Virus record (IMG/VR): IMGVR_UViG_3300025816_000009
Coordinates: 17,412 to 81,411 of that record
Strand: one strand, 5' to 3'
Length of the DNA stretch: 64,000 nucleotides
Origin: a virus
Below are positions 30,641 through 40,345 of the stretch, piece by piece. The notes under the pieces are model-generated. The model saw nothing but the letters and a program-made list of their open reading frames with translations. It was not told the origin of the DNA and did no database searches. A program made the translations under genes and the position numbers. The number at the start of each line of letters is the position of its first letter. Position 1 is the first letter of the stretch.

Positions 30641-32434
30641 GTGGATAGGAAGTTAGAGCGCTATCATCGGATAGTCCGTGAGTCTCCAAAAGAAACAATT
30701 GACCCACCTGCCGGCTTGTCAGAAGCAATAGAACAAATGTCGAAAGACAAGAGAAGGCCACGAACTGCGATAGCAAGATGGGTCAGCAAACAGTGGGCGG
30801 AATTGCATTACGAAAGAATACAAGGTCAACCCTTGCCCGAGGCTTCTGCGGCTATTGGGATGGTTCAGAAGGAAACAATCGAGAGGCCAACTCACTTCCC
30901 AACTCATTTCGGACTTGGGTTAGTCCCGTCAACATTATCAATTGGCGGTTGGCGACAGGATAAGACATACACTTCATGTTATACATCTTTGAGCGTTCCT
31001 AGGCCATTCGACCCGACACTCCATGGAACTATCGCCGGAACTGTTGGGTTCAGTTATATGGGCTACCAAGGAAATCCCGACCCGGCTCAATATGACATAA
31101 CCACTAGAAGAGGCGGTGGTCCTCGTGGTGGTTTCAGTTGGACGACAGGACCAACAGAAGGAAATTATCCTACTAGCGTTCTTCCTCAACCGACTTTCAA
31201 TCTCGGCGTATTGGGATTCAGTAATGGCGGATGGAATCCCGAAGGTCTTCAATGGACGAATAGACCCAAGCAAGTTCGACTTCAAGGTCTTAGAAATAAT
31301 TCGGTTCATCGTGTGATGTTCGCCCGTTCTCGAAAAGTAATGTTCAGAAACTTGTACGGTCCAATATCAGAAGACGAAGCGACACCAAAAGCGCCGAATG
31401 TTTTGATTAACGGAACAAAGCCAATTTCCGGAATCAAAAACTTGCGAATAAAACGCCGATATAATGCACCTGCCGAGGCGACTATTGACCTCAATAGTGT
31501 GGCGGGAAGACGGTCCGGTATTGTGAAACTTGGCGACACGGTGCAAGTTTTTGCATCTCCCCGGGAGTGGGATAATCCACCACTAATTTTTACAGGATTC
31601 GTTTCAGACATTGAAGAAGATTCTACCACGGTTTCAATAATCTGCCTAGATGCTCTAGGGTATTTGACGAAAGAAGTTCTTTTGACTAATCCAACATACC
31701 AAGAAACCGACGCGGGTGTGGTTTGTAGAGATATTATCGCAGGTTCTTCATACGGTCCGCCGCTAGGAAAAATCTCAACACAAACCCGAGTTATACTTCC
31801 CTCAAGTTTGGATTTGTCTAAGAAAAGTCGTCTCGATGCAATCCAAACAATACTCGATATTGTCAACAACACACCCAACCAAGTCATACTTCAAGCAGAG
31901 GTTAACGGGTACATTAATCTTGTGAGATTGAGGGAAGTTGATGATACAAGTTTGAAACCTTACATCGCCGGGAGACTGCCAAAAACTTCTGTCCCACAGG
32001 ATTTGTACCCGACTCAAATAACTAGAGATGAGGGAGATTTAGACTTCGTAAATAAAGTGTCAATCACAAACTCTGAAATCGGTTTGATAGCAACCGAACC
32101 TACAACACCTGTTCAAAATCCTGTTCATATTATTGTCGAAGAAACTGCGGCGACTGACGTTCCGACAGCCAAGTTCTTTGCTCAACAAATATTGAATCAA
32201 CAAGGTCGAGCAGGTTCTCGTTGGAATGTTCAAGCGCTACCGGAGAGGTTTGATATTATGCCGGGTCAAGTAGTTGACTTCGCTTCCACTGATGGCGGTC
32301 TAGCAGGCAGGCAAAGAGTATTCGATGTATCAATAAAATACAGCCCGAGCGACGTATCAATGACGATGACTGTTGGTCGTCAAGCCCCCGATTTGGTTGC
32401 CATGTTGAGATATGCAACAGGCGTTTCGCAATAA
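30641..32434 (+). CDS. Baseplate hub/tail-tip protein
   Basis: IFTGFVSDIEE...ICLDAL, PGQVVDF...RVFDVSIKY pattern. Confidence 0.6.
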   Translation: MDRKLERYHRIVRESPKETIDPPAGLSEAIEQMSKDKRRPRTAIARWVSKQWAELHYERIQGQPLPEASAAIGMVQKETIERPTHFPTHFGLGLVPSTLSIGGWRQDKTYTSCYTSLSVPRPFDPTLHGTIAGTVGFSYMGYQGNPDPAQYDITTRRGGGPRGGFSWTTGPTEGNYPTSVLPQPTFNLGVLGFSNGGWNPEGLQWTNRPKQVRLQGLRNNSVHRVMFARSRKVMFRNLYGPISEDEATPKAPNVLINGTKPISGIKNLRIKRRYNAPAEATIDLNSVAGRRSGIVKLGDTVQVFASPREWDNPPLIFTGFVSDIEEDSTTVSIICLDALGYLTKEVLLTNPTYQETDAGVVCRDIIAGSSYGPPLGKISTQTRVILPSSLDLSKKSRLDAIQTILDIVNNTPNQVILQAEVNGYINLVRLREVDDTSLKPYIAGRLPKTSVPQDLYPTQITRDEGDLDFVNKVSITNSEIGLIATEPTTPVQNPVHIIVEETAATDVPTAKFFAQQILNQQGRAGSRWNVQALPERFDIMPGQVVDFASTDGGLAGRQRVFDVSIKYSPSDVSMTMTVGRQAPDLVAMLRYATGVSQ

Positions 32435-32456
32435 TCGGAGTTTTTATCCCCATCAT

Positions 32457-32485
32457 TAGATTCCCCCCCTTTAGGGGGGAATCTA
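32457..32485. repeat. 12-bp perfect inverted repeat at module boundary
   Basis: TAGATTCCCCCC-CTTTA-GGGGGGAATCTA. Confidence 0.7.
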
Positions 32486-32726
32486 GTCTAAAGAATCGAA
32501 CTGACTAACCCCCTAAGAGACACATAGTATAGTTGAACTGTATATACATCAGAGTATGAGTATGTTCGTTTAATTAATTAAGGTGGGATTAGCAGGGAAT
32601 GATATGGGCGCGGACACTCTTTTCCTTGAAAGCCCTGTTGTTGGGGCGTCGCGCCCATGGGGTTTTGTGTTATTTCTCCCCATTAATATGCGCCCCGATG
32701 ATAGGCAACAAGCGACGGTGAAATGA

Positions 32727-32936
32727 ATGGACTTTTTAGAATTAGAAACTACGACAGGATTAACGATGATTCGAATTGATGACATTTCAGCAATCACACA
32801 CATGGAATATTGTTGGGAGATTCATCTTCAATCGGGAACTATATTCAGAACAAACGACGAGAACAATCGTCTCCGTGAATGGATGCACCGAAGTCAAGGC
32901 GGAACAATGTCTTACAACGGCATTCCGAAGAAATGA
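32727..32936 (+). CDS. Small hypothetical protein
   Basis: IRIDDISAI...EIHLQSG small beta-domain pattern. Confidence 0.55.
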   Translation: MDFLELETTTGLTMIRIDDISAITHMEYCWEIHLQSGTIFRTNDENNRLREWMHRSQGGTMSYNGIPKK

Positions 32937-32942
32937 GGAATC

Positions 32943-33064
32943 TGCGGTCAAGAGCCAACACCCGCCCCCCGTCGGGGGTGGAGCAAGCCAACTCTGATTT
33001 ACGGGTTTACCCTACAGGTGGAAGGCCGGCCGGTGAAGTCGCCTATTCCGGCTGACTCTATCGC
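32943..33064 (-). ncRNA. Putative structured RNA R10
   Basis: 5' AGAGTCAGC pairs with 3' GTTGGCTCT using G-U (strand-specific); CCCCC-GAC-GGGGG hairpin. Confidence 0.6.
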
Positions 33065-33122
33065 ATTTGACCCTGTAGCCGTTTAGTTATAAACCTTTTC
33101 ATTGATAACTCAAGACATTGAT

Positions 33123-33205
33123 GAGGCGGGGGAGCAACCCCCCATTTAGAATCAAGCCCGCAACCATGCGTGGGAATCGAACCTCTCGTAGCCCTCTTCT
33201 TCCTC
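33123..33205 (-). ncRNA. Putative small RNA R11 with T-loop-like motif
   Basis: GAGG...CCTC ends; GGTTCGATTCC; CGCA-TGGT-TGCG; GGGGG-N6-CCCCC. Confidence 0.5.
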
Positions 33206-33228
33206 AATCTAAGCGAACAGCCTTTGAG

Positions 33229-33281
33229 TTATAAATCTTTTTATTGATAACTCAAGACATTGATAGAACAAAACCTTTATA
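33229..33281. promoter_or_regulatory. Bidirectional class-E cassette (duplicate one-sided copy 33087-33121)
   Basis: ATTGATAACTCAAGACATTGAT identical in both copies. Confidence 0.75.
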
Positions 33282-33304
33282 TGCTGGAAGCCGTAGGACA
33301 GAAC

Positions 33305-33541
33305 ATGAGCGGCGAGACGACATTCACAACAGGCGAGACATACAGAGCAACATCAGTTTGCGATTCAAACTGTCATTGGTACTTTACAGTAGAGCGCCGA
33401 ACAAACGCATCAGTATGGGTTTCAGAGCGTGGAGAAGAAGCAGTTCGCCGAGCAGTAAGAAATTACAATGGCGAAGAGTATTTCATGCCTTTCGGAACTT
33501 ACTCAATGGCCGCTCATTGTTCAGCGGGCAACGTCGCTTAA
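33305..33541 (+). CDS. Hypothetical protein (start 33305)
   Basis: ATG 29 nt after TATA; FTTGETYRATSVCDSNC...PFGTYSMA. Confidence 0.6.
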   Translation: MSGETTFTTGETYRATSVCDSNCHWYFTVERRTNASVWVSERGEEAVRRAVRNYNGEEYFMPFGTYSMAAHCSAGNVA

Positions 33542-33566
33542 TAACGTGGGAATCACCCCTCGTTCT

Positions 33567-35303
33567 ATGGGCATTACTAGAATCAACATACCAAGCAAAG
33601 CACCGCTTCCGGACTTGTGGGAGAAAGTTCGTCCGGACTTCCCAATGCCATCTCCGAGGAAATATCAAGACGAAGTTCTCAACGTAATTTATTGGGCGCT
33701 TGAAAATGACGACTTCGATAACATAGTCATCCAAGCACCTACCGGAATCGGGAAGTCGGCAATCGCCATGACTGTTCAATCAAGATTTCAATCAGCATAT
33801 CTTCTCGCCCCAAGTTTGGGATTGGCTCAACAATACAAAGATGATTACGGTCATGTTCTCAAAGAAGTTCGAGGCCGTTCCAATTTTCCTTGTTGGGTTC
33901 GTTCGGGTAATGCTGACGGAGCGCCTTGTCATGGTGTCAAGAAGTCCTGTCCTCACACGAAGCGGGAAGACCCTTGCCCGTACTACGAACAAAAATACGC
34001 GGCTACTGATGCTCGCTTGACGCTCTCGAATCCGGCATATATGTTCAGAGTCATACAGGGCGACCCAAACTTCGACCAAAGAAAGTTCGCAATAATTGAC
34101 GAGGCTCACAACATGGAATCCTTCTTCATGGATTTGATGGAAGTAAAAATAACGACAAGAGATTGGCAAATGATTCACGGCGCTCGTACAGGTTTACCAA
34201 TGGCTTACGCTCCCGAGGATTGGAAAACTCCGATGGAGAATCTTTTCAATGGCGCGAAGCGTTATCTCGAACTTGCGGAAAAGGATGAAGATGAGAAGGG
34301 TGTAGAAAATGGGCGCAAGTTATTGAGCCGATGTTCAACATTTTTGGAATTGCTAAAACAACCGAAGAGAGTTATTGTCGAAACCAAGAGCGACAGGAAT
34401 GGGAAGTTCGTAGTTGCGAAGCCTATTCGTGTCAATAGTTTCGCGCTTGAACATCTCGAACGAATCAGCGAGAAAAGAATATTCCTTTCAGCGACAATTT
34501 TGAATTGTGAAACCTTCCTCAACAATCTCGGACTTGGGCATCAGAAAACTCTGTATGTTAATGTCAACAAATCTCCATTCAATCCGGATAACTTCAATAT
34601 CGTTTACGCTCCATGTGGTCCTATGTCTTGGAGCAAGCGTGATAATAGCGTCAAGAAACAAATCAAAGCGATAGCCGCAATCATGGATAGAAATACAGAC
34701 AAGCGTGGAGTCGTTCTGCCTCACTCACATTATATCCGTGAGAAAATTGTTGATGGACTTCGCGACTTGGGTTATGGAGATAGGATTCTAACTCATGGTT
34801 CAGATGCGACAGGACGCAATATTGCGATTGACACTTTCTTCAAATCTCCGAGACAGGATTTAGTTCTCATCTCGACCTACGTCGGTGAGGGATTCGATTT
34901 CAAAGGCCGGCTTGCTGAATGGTTGGTCATTTGTAAGATTCCATTCCTTCCTGTCAAAGACCCTCAAATCGAATTGAGAATGAAAGAGGACGAGCATTCA
35001 TGGAGACGAGACAACGAAGGAACTCCGGCTTGTCCGTATGAAGAACCGAATAAATATTCAAACGGAATGTGTTCATCATTCAACTGCGCGAAACCTTGTC
35101 AGTCATGGTACAATCTCCAAACTGCTCTGAAACTTGTACAGGGCGCGGGACGAATTATTAGAAGTCAAGATGACAAAGGCGACCTGTACATCCTTGATGG
35201 GTCGTGGCAAAGGTGGGCGAGATGGAACAGTCATCTGTTGCCGTCATGGTTCAAAAACTCAATAAGAGAGATGAAGCCGTGGTTGAAGCGAGGGATTGCG
35301 TGA
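33567..35303 (+). CDS. DinG/XPD-family SF2 helicase
   Basis: PRKYQ, APTGIGKS, GRSNFPC...CPYY Fe-S region, IIDEAHN, EGFDF, QGAGRIIRS. Confidence 0.9.
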   Translation: MGITRINIPSKAPLPDLWEKVRPDFPMPSPRKYQDEVLNVIYWALENDDFDNIVIQAPTGIGKSAIAMTVQSRFQSAYLLAPSLGLAQQYKDDYGHVLKEVRGRSNFPCWVRSGNADGAPCHGVKKSCPHTKREDPCPYYEQKYAATDARLTLSNPAYMFRVIQGDPNFDQRKFAIIDEAHNMESFFMDLMEVKITTRDWQMIHGARTGLPMAYAPEDWKTPMENLFNGAKRYLELAEKDEDEKGVENGRKLLSRCSTFLELLKQPKRVIVETKSDRNGKFVVAKPIRVNSFALEHLERISEKRIFLSATILNCETFLNNLGLGHQKTLYVNVNKSPFNPDNFNIVYAPCGPMSWSKRDNSVKKQIKAIAAIMDRNTDKRGVVLPHSHYIREKIVDGLRDLGYGDRILTHGSDATGRNIAIDTFFKSPRQDLVLISTYVGEGFDFKGRLAEWLVICKIPFLPVKDPQIELRMKEDEHSWRRDNEGTPACPYEEPNKYSNGMCSSFNCAKPCQSWYNLQTALKLVQGAGRIIRSQDDKGDLYILDGSWQRWARWNSHLLPSWFKNSIREMKPWLKRGIA

Positions 35304-35587
35304 AAGAATTACCCGAGTTCGTTCTTGCTCCGAAGCACAAGTTTGAAATGAATGGCGAGACTATTGACATCCCCTCAAGAAAAGTTCGAGTTTACGGTTA
35401 TGCAAATTGGCCGTCATGTCCGAATTGTAAAAGAGAAGGACCTATGGATGGCTTTCTTCTCAAGCCCGAGGAATGGCCGAACGCTGTAATCATTTGCGGT
35501 GAACATCCGGGTTGCGGAATATTTTGGTGTCAGATTGGAGTTCCGCCCCAAGACCATACTTGGACGTATATCGAAAGTAATGGTTGA
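35300..35587 (+). CDS. Zn-ribbon protein
   Basis: CPNC...C...C; GTG overlapping helicase stop. Confidence 0.55.
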   Translation: MKELPEFVLAPKHKFEMNGETIDIPSRKVRVYGYANWPSCPNCKREGPMDGFLLKPEEWPNAVIICGEHPGCGIFWCQIGVPPQDHTWTYIESNG

Positions 35588-35588
35588 C

Positions 35589-35824
35589 GGGCATGAAGTT
35601 TCAAACGGCACAAGAAACTGCTTTTTATGAGTCCGCCTCTCTCTTCCTTGTGTTGTTCCATTATTCCAATCATGCCCTGTGAGTAAGATAGAAAGGCCGC
35701 TCCCAAATCGTCCGTTCGTTCGGGAACGCCTTTCGGCGAGAGAAGATTTCTGTCCTTCCAAGACCCCTGCGGTGGCGGTTCTGCCTCGTGCTTGAAGGGC
35801 GGTGTCGGAGTGGCTTTCTTCTCT
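35589..35824 (-). ncRNA. Putative two-domain structured RNA R12
   Basis: AGAAAGCCACTCC...GGAGCGGCCTTTCT; CGCC-GAAA-GGCG; second domain GGGCATGA...TCATGCCC. Confidence 0.6.
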
Positions 35825-35847
35825 GTACTGTCGTAGGCACTTCCGGC

Positions 35848-35900
35848 TATAAAGGTTTCGGTTTATCAATGTCTCATTCTATCAATAAAAAGACTTATAA
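35848..35900. promoter_or_regulatory. Bidirectional class-E cassette driving R12 and R13
   Basis: TATAAAGGTTTC-N6-TCAAT-N11-TCAAT-AAAAAGA-CTTATAA. Confidence 0.75.
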
Positions 35901-35922
35901 ACAGACACCTATAGGGTCAAAC

Positions 35923-36123
35923 AGCGAAAGTGGGTACGCCACCCACACAACAGAGGTTGTAAAATATTCATGTTGGGCAGTTCGCCGTCAGAAGACTGAC
36001 GTTAAACAACGAGGAAGTACACGGCAGACCCCGGGCGAGGGGAAGTGGCAGAGGGTAGGGGCTGTCGCAACACGGATTACACGGATTCGTGATAGTAGGT
36101 AGGGGCTATCACACACGACTTTC
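35923..36123 (+). ncRNA. Putative structured RNA R13
   Basis: GAAAGT...ACTTTC ends; hairpins GTGGG/CCCAC, ACAAC/GTTGT, CGTCAG/CTGACG, GTGATAG/CTATCAC. Confidence 0.55.
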
Positions 36124-36152
36124 TTATTAACGTGGGAATGTCCCATTTCAAT

Positions 36153-38126
36153 ATGGACGGCGAAGTTAGGCAATCAGCGGACAGTGCAACAAGATTTGAT
36201 GTGGTGGTTGAAGGACTCGAATGTTCACTGACATTTTTATCAGCCGCAAAAGGTAGAATGGACTTCGCGCTTGAGATTGACGGTACACCGAAGGGTAAGA
36301 TAAATGTCCTATCTCAACACTCACTTAGCCGGCTTGACAGTGGTTTAGAGGGTGATGCAAAAAAGAATTGGGCTAACAGAATGTTGGCTGTCGGAATTAT
36401 TCTGAAAGATGGAACATATATTCCCGCTCCGATTGAGAAGCGAGAACTTGTTGAAGCATCAACTTACCACGGTGAGGATTCAACTCTTGGGGCTATTGAC
36501 GCCGATACGATTGAAGAGTTCCTAAAGAAAGAGGATTTGATTGACCGAGTGAATGAGATTCTACACGAATCAAGAGGAACACCTTTTGTCGGTGATGATG
36601 CGAACTTGCTTCTCACGTTCTTAGTTATGTTGTCATGCAAAACCGGAAGTCCACTGAATCTTGAGATGATTGGTCAGTCAGCGTCCGGAAAAACATACAT
36701 GACTCTAACTGCTAGGAACGGTTTTCCTAAGTCGATGGTTATGGTTCTAGCCGGTGCATCTCGTGAAGCATTGAAGTACGATTATGATGAAGTCGATGAA
36801 GACGGGAACTTCATTGTGAAAGTCGATGGTAAATGTATTGTCGTTCTTGAGAAAGATGAATCAGAACCTTTCATTAGAAAGATGAAACCATTAATGTCCG
36901 GCGACGATTCAGAATTGGTTTGGAAAACTCCAATCAAAAATGAACTGACAGGAGAGATTGAGACAAGAGATTTCATTATTAGAGGTCAACCAAGTTTCAT
37001 AACGCTAACCACTAGAAATCCTAGGGAACAAGAACAAATCACAAGACAACTTCTGATGACTCCGGATATTACAAGCGAGAAAGTCGGAATGGTTGTTGAG
37101 AATCAATTACTCTCCAAAGCAAGACCCGAACAATTCAACGTCCATCCCGATGTGAAATTATTACAAGCGTCAATGCTGTCATTGAAAAATTACAAAGTTA
37201 GGAACATATTCGCTCCTATAATGTCGGACTTCTTCCCTGCTAAGAACGCTCAACATCAAAGAGACATAGCAAAAGTTCTGTCAATAATTGATTCAATCAC
37301 TTTGTTGCATCAACATCAACGCCCGGTTGAAGTTTTCAACGATACAGAATATCTGTTGTCTTCTGTTGAAGATAATGTGTACGGATTAATCCTTGCCGAC
37401 TTGGTATTGAGAGCGAGCCTGTCGGGTGTACCGGATGGTTCGTGGGTTATCTTCACCGAGATGACTGCGATGGAACAATCGAAAAGACCACTCTCCGCTG
37501 ACAATATTCTTCAATGGCTACACATCAATGCGTTCGCCTGCACCAAGAATGCTTTGCTCGAAAAACATTTGCCGACTTTAGAAGATGCCGGCTTGATAGA
37601 AGTAAAAGCAAGAGGTGGTGGCCGAGGCGGTGGGAGAAAGACATGGCGCTTGGTGAAGACCCGTAGCGGTTTAATGGAGACATATGCCTTAACACCCCTA
37701 TTCATTGAACACGCACGAAAAGCAATCCCTGTAATCCTCGAGGACTTCGCTGACGTGATTACTAGAGCAGGCAAACCCGCAAAGTTCAGACAGATAGATA
37801 AGAACGAAAAAGCAATTCTGAAATCGCTTGGATGTAAATCAAAGAAAGATTCGCAGGTTTGGCGAAGTTTGTTATTACCAAATTACATGAGAAAATCAAA
37901 TCGAGATAGAATGCTTTGGGACATTATTGGCGTCAATAGGTCAAGAGACTCAATGTTCTCCGGCACAAGTTGGCTTGACCAAACCAAGAAATCAACTGCG
38001 ACTGAAAAGTTAGAAGCGCAAAAGTCTGTCAGAGAAACTATCAAGAAAGTGCAAATATCAGAGCATTCGAATGAAGGATGGGAATCCTTGGCTGAATTAT
38101 ACATTGATGAATATGAAGATTCTTGA
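36153..38126 (+). CDS. AAA+ ATPase, putative replicative helicase
   Basis: Walker A GQSASGKT; C-terminal winged-helix-like region; heads the replication cluster. Confidence 0.55.
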   Translation: MDGEVRQSADSATRFDVVVEGLECSLTFLSAAKGRMDFALEIDGTPKGKINVLSQHSLSRLDSGLEGDAKKNWANRMLAVGIILKDGTYIPAPIEKRELVEASTYHGEDSTLGAIDADTIEEFLKKEDLIDRVNEILHESRGTPFVGDDANLLLTFLVMLSCKTGSPLNLEMIGQSASGKTYMTLTARNGFPKSMVMVLAGASREALKYDYDEVDEDGNFIVKVDGKCIVVLEKDESEPFIRKMKPLMSGDDSELVWKTPIKNELTGEIETRDFIIRGQPSFITLTTRNPREQEQITRQLLMTPDITSEKVGMVVENQLLSKARPEQFNVHPDVKLLQASMLSLKNYKVRNIFAPIMSDFFPAKNAQHQRDIAKVLSIIDSITLLHQHQRPVEVFNDTEYLLSSVEDNVYGLILADLVLRASLSGVPDGSWVIFTEMTAMEQSKRPLSADNILQWLHINAFACTKNALLEKHLPTLEDAGLIEVKARGGGRGGGRKTWRLVKTRSGLMETYALTPLFIEHARKAIPVILEDFADVITRAGKPAKFRQIDKNEKAILKSLGCKSKKDSQVWRSLLLPNYMRKSNRDRMLWDIIGVNRSRDSMFSGTSWLDQTKKSTATEKLEAQKSVRETIKKVQISEHSNEGWESLAELYIDEYEDS

Positions 38127-38168
38127 ACACACCCTGTCCTTTATATTGGTGGGGAATGAGGGTACGAT

Positions 38169-39356
38169 ATGAGCAAATCTCAAACTGCATTACCCAAGAT
38201 AGCAAAGAAACGCCTCGCACCATATATTGAGCGCGGCATAGTGAACGGCATTTTTACCGACGGAAAACCCGTCGCTGAAATGTATCAGAGAAAAGCGAAC
38301 GACCCTTCGTTGTCGCAAACCATCTCTGAACTCGGCGGAGCATCATCCGAACCGGCGCAACAATTCATAACCGAAACTGTATTAGTGGATTTATCCGCAA
38401 TCCTTCGTCAGAAGAGATACACCGGACACCTAGATATATGGGAAGTAAATCACCGAATCGTTGGTGTGGCTTCCGGAAATCCTCGCCCTGTATGTTTCAT
38501 CATGGGACAGGCAGTAGTTGAAGATGACGATGTTGAATCAGAACCTTCATTATTCAGACTTTCACTTTGGGACGCAGACGCTTCTCTAGCAGATGACGTT
38601 GAAAGAGATGGAAAATATTCTCTAGCAATAACCTGCAAGAATCTTGACGCAGATATTCTTGACCTTCGACCAATGCAAGGTCTTGCTTCATTCGCTCAAG
38701 AAGAATACGAACATGGCGACCGTCAAGAATTACTCAAAGGATTATTCGACATAACAGATATTGCGGACTTGGAAGACAATCTTTCAGTCGGAAACAACGA
38801 CTTCCGTCTTATCGAAGCATCAGTATCTTACGCCGGAGTTCAAAACTCTCGTGCCGGAAATCAATTCGGAAAAATGCTACTGAAAGACGACTCAACTATG
38901 ACCATGGATGCAATTGAATCCGGTGAGAATCTACTTCTCAACTGTATGTGTTCAACTGCAATCGCTACACGATTCGGAAAATACTCAAAAATATTGGCTC
39001 TAGTATCTGTAAAGTCATCCAATGACTACGGATTATCAGCAAACATGGAATGTGCAATCGGTCTAGTGGTTGTTTCTCCACCCGAACCCGAGACACCGAA
39101 AGGTGGCGATGACGACGATGATGATGCGGCGTCATATTTCAAAACGAATGTCCCGACAATAACTGACGATGATGACGACGAAGAAGATGTGGCTTCTGAA
39201 ACACCAACTGAAACTACTGCAATAGTTGAAGATTCCACGGCAGAGGAAACAGAAGAAGTTGTCGAGACACCTACTCCAAAGAAGGCTGAAAAAGCCGCTG
39301 AAAAAGCCGCTGAACCCGCTACAGATGGCGACGATGATTGGGACGATTGGGACTGA
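38169..39356 (+). CDS. OB-fold ssDNA-binding protein (RPA-like)
   Basis: RLSLWDADA, GKMLLKDDS OB-like strands; acidic tail ending DDWDDWD. Confidence 0.6.
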   Translation: MSKSQTALPKIAKKRLAPYIERGIVNGIFTDGKPVAEMYQRKANDPSLSQTISELGGASSEPAQQFITETVLVDLSAILRQKRYTGHLDIWEVNHRIVGVASGNPRPVCFIMGQAVVEDDDVESEPSLFRLSLWDADASLADDVERDGKYSLAITCKNLDADILDLRPMQGLASFAQEEYEHGDRQELLKGLFDITDIADLEDNLSVGNNDFRLIEASVSYAGVQNSRAGNQFGKMLLKDDSTMTMDAIESGENLLLNCMCSTAIATRFGKYSKILALVSVKSSNDYGLSANMECAIGLVVVSPPEPETPKGGDDDDDDAASYFKTNVPTITDDDDDEEDVASETPTETTAIVEDSTAEETEEVVETPTPKKAEKAAEKAAEPATDGDDDWDDWD

Positions 39357-39394
39357 TTGGAGTCGCTTAAATAGGTGGTAAATGAGGGATTGAT

Positions 39395-40285
39395 ATGGCT
39401 AAGAAGAAGAAGACTGATTATTCAGCATTAATAGCAACGGCAGATACGGGAACATCAATGGCGGAGAGCAAACCACTTCGTCATATGAAATTACAGGCAT
39501 TTCCGGGCGGTGGAAAATCACACTTCTCTCTGTCCTTTTTCGACCATGAAATGAAAACTGCCGGCTTGAAACCGGAAGAAGGATTGATGACTATTATTGA
39601 TTGTGATTTAGAAGGCCAAAGAGATTTGGTTGCTCGAGATGACATACTATCTCCGGAACTTCGCCCACGACTTTACAGAAAAGTTTGCCGAACACCCGAA
39701 GAAGTAAACCAAATGGTTCTAGCATTTATCGACTTGCACCGACAACACGCCGAAGAACATCCGGATGGCGTCCGTGTAATGTGTATGGAAAATGAAGGCG
39801 CGTATTATCTCGCTTGTCGTGATTATTACTCGATTGAAGTTCATGGAAAATCAGAGGCAGAACAATTACTATCTCGACAGGCTCAAGCAATTTCAGAAGG
39901 GAAGAAAACTCTCCCTATGTTTGCCGAAGGTCAAATGCACTCTTACAAAGTTATTAACAAAATGTTCTTTCAACCATACGAGAGATTGAAGGTTGGTGCG
40001 GAGATTTACAAATATCATTTCATCTCCACCGTTCTTTTGAAATCTTACACCGAAGGATATGGAACTGCAAATGAGAATCGTGTAGTCGCCGCGGCCGGAC
40101 GTGCTGATTTGACAGACCCTTTGTTTGATTGGATTATAGAATTGACTCAACAACAGAGGACAGTGAAGGGCGAATTAAAGACGCGCCACGTATCTGAAAT
40201 CAGAAAATCAAGAACTTGTAAACCGTTCAGAATAGAGAACCCAACACAAGAGAAGTTTTGGAATGCCGTAAAAAAGCAATCCTAA
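39395..40285 (+). CDS. RecA-superfamily/AAA_24-like ATPase (possible annealase)
   Basis: AFPGGGKS, IIDCDLEG; between SSB and nuclease genes. Confidence 0.55.
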   Translation: MAKKKKTDYSALIATADTGTSMAESKPLRHMKLQAFPGGGKSHFSLSFFDHEMKTAGLKPEEGLMTIIDCDLEGQRDLVARDDILSPELRPRLYRKVCRTPEEVNQMVLAFIDLHRQHAEEHPDGVRVMCMENEGAYYLACRDYYSIEVHGKSEAEQLLSRQAQAISEGKKTLPMFAEGQMHSYKVINKMFFQPYERLKVGAEIYKYHFISTVLLKSYTEGYGTANENRVVAAAGRADLTDPLFDWIIELTQQQRTVKGELKTRHVSEIRKSRTCKPFRIENPTQEKFWNAVKKQS

Positions 40286-40345
40286 ACATCTCCGTTAGCG
40301 AGTTCTTCAAATAGGTGGCTAACAGCGAAAGGAATGTGAACAAAC

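Noticed and set aside
33123-33205. tRNA gene
   Set aside because: Has GGTTCGATTCC but no acceptor, D or anticodon arms in the right places
35414-36173. ORF-track ORFs 35414-35869(-), 35788-36102(+), 35988-36173(-), and similar ones at 2794-3108 and 45715-45951
   Set aside because: They cross promoter cassettes, have atypical composition and lack a start at the expected position; better explained as ncRNA loci
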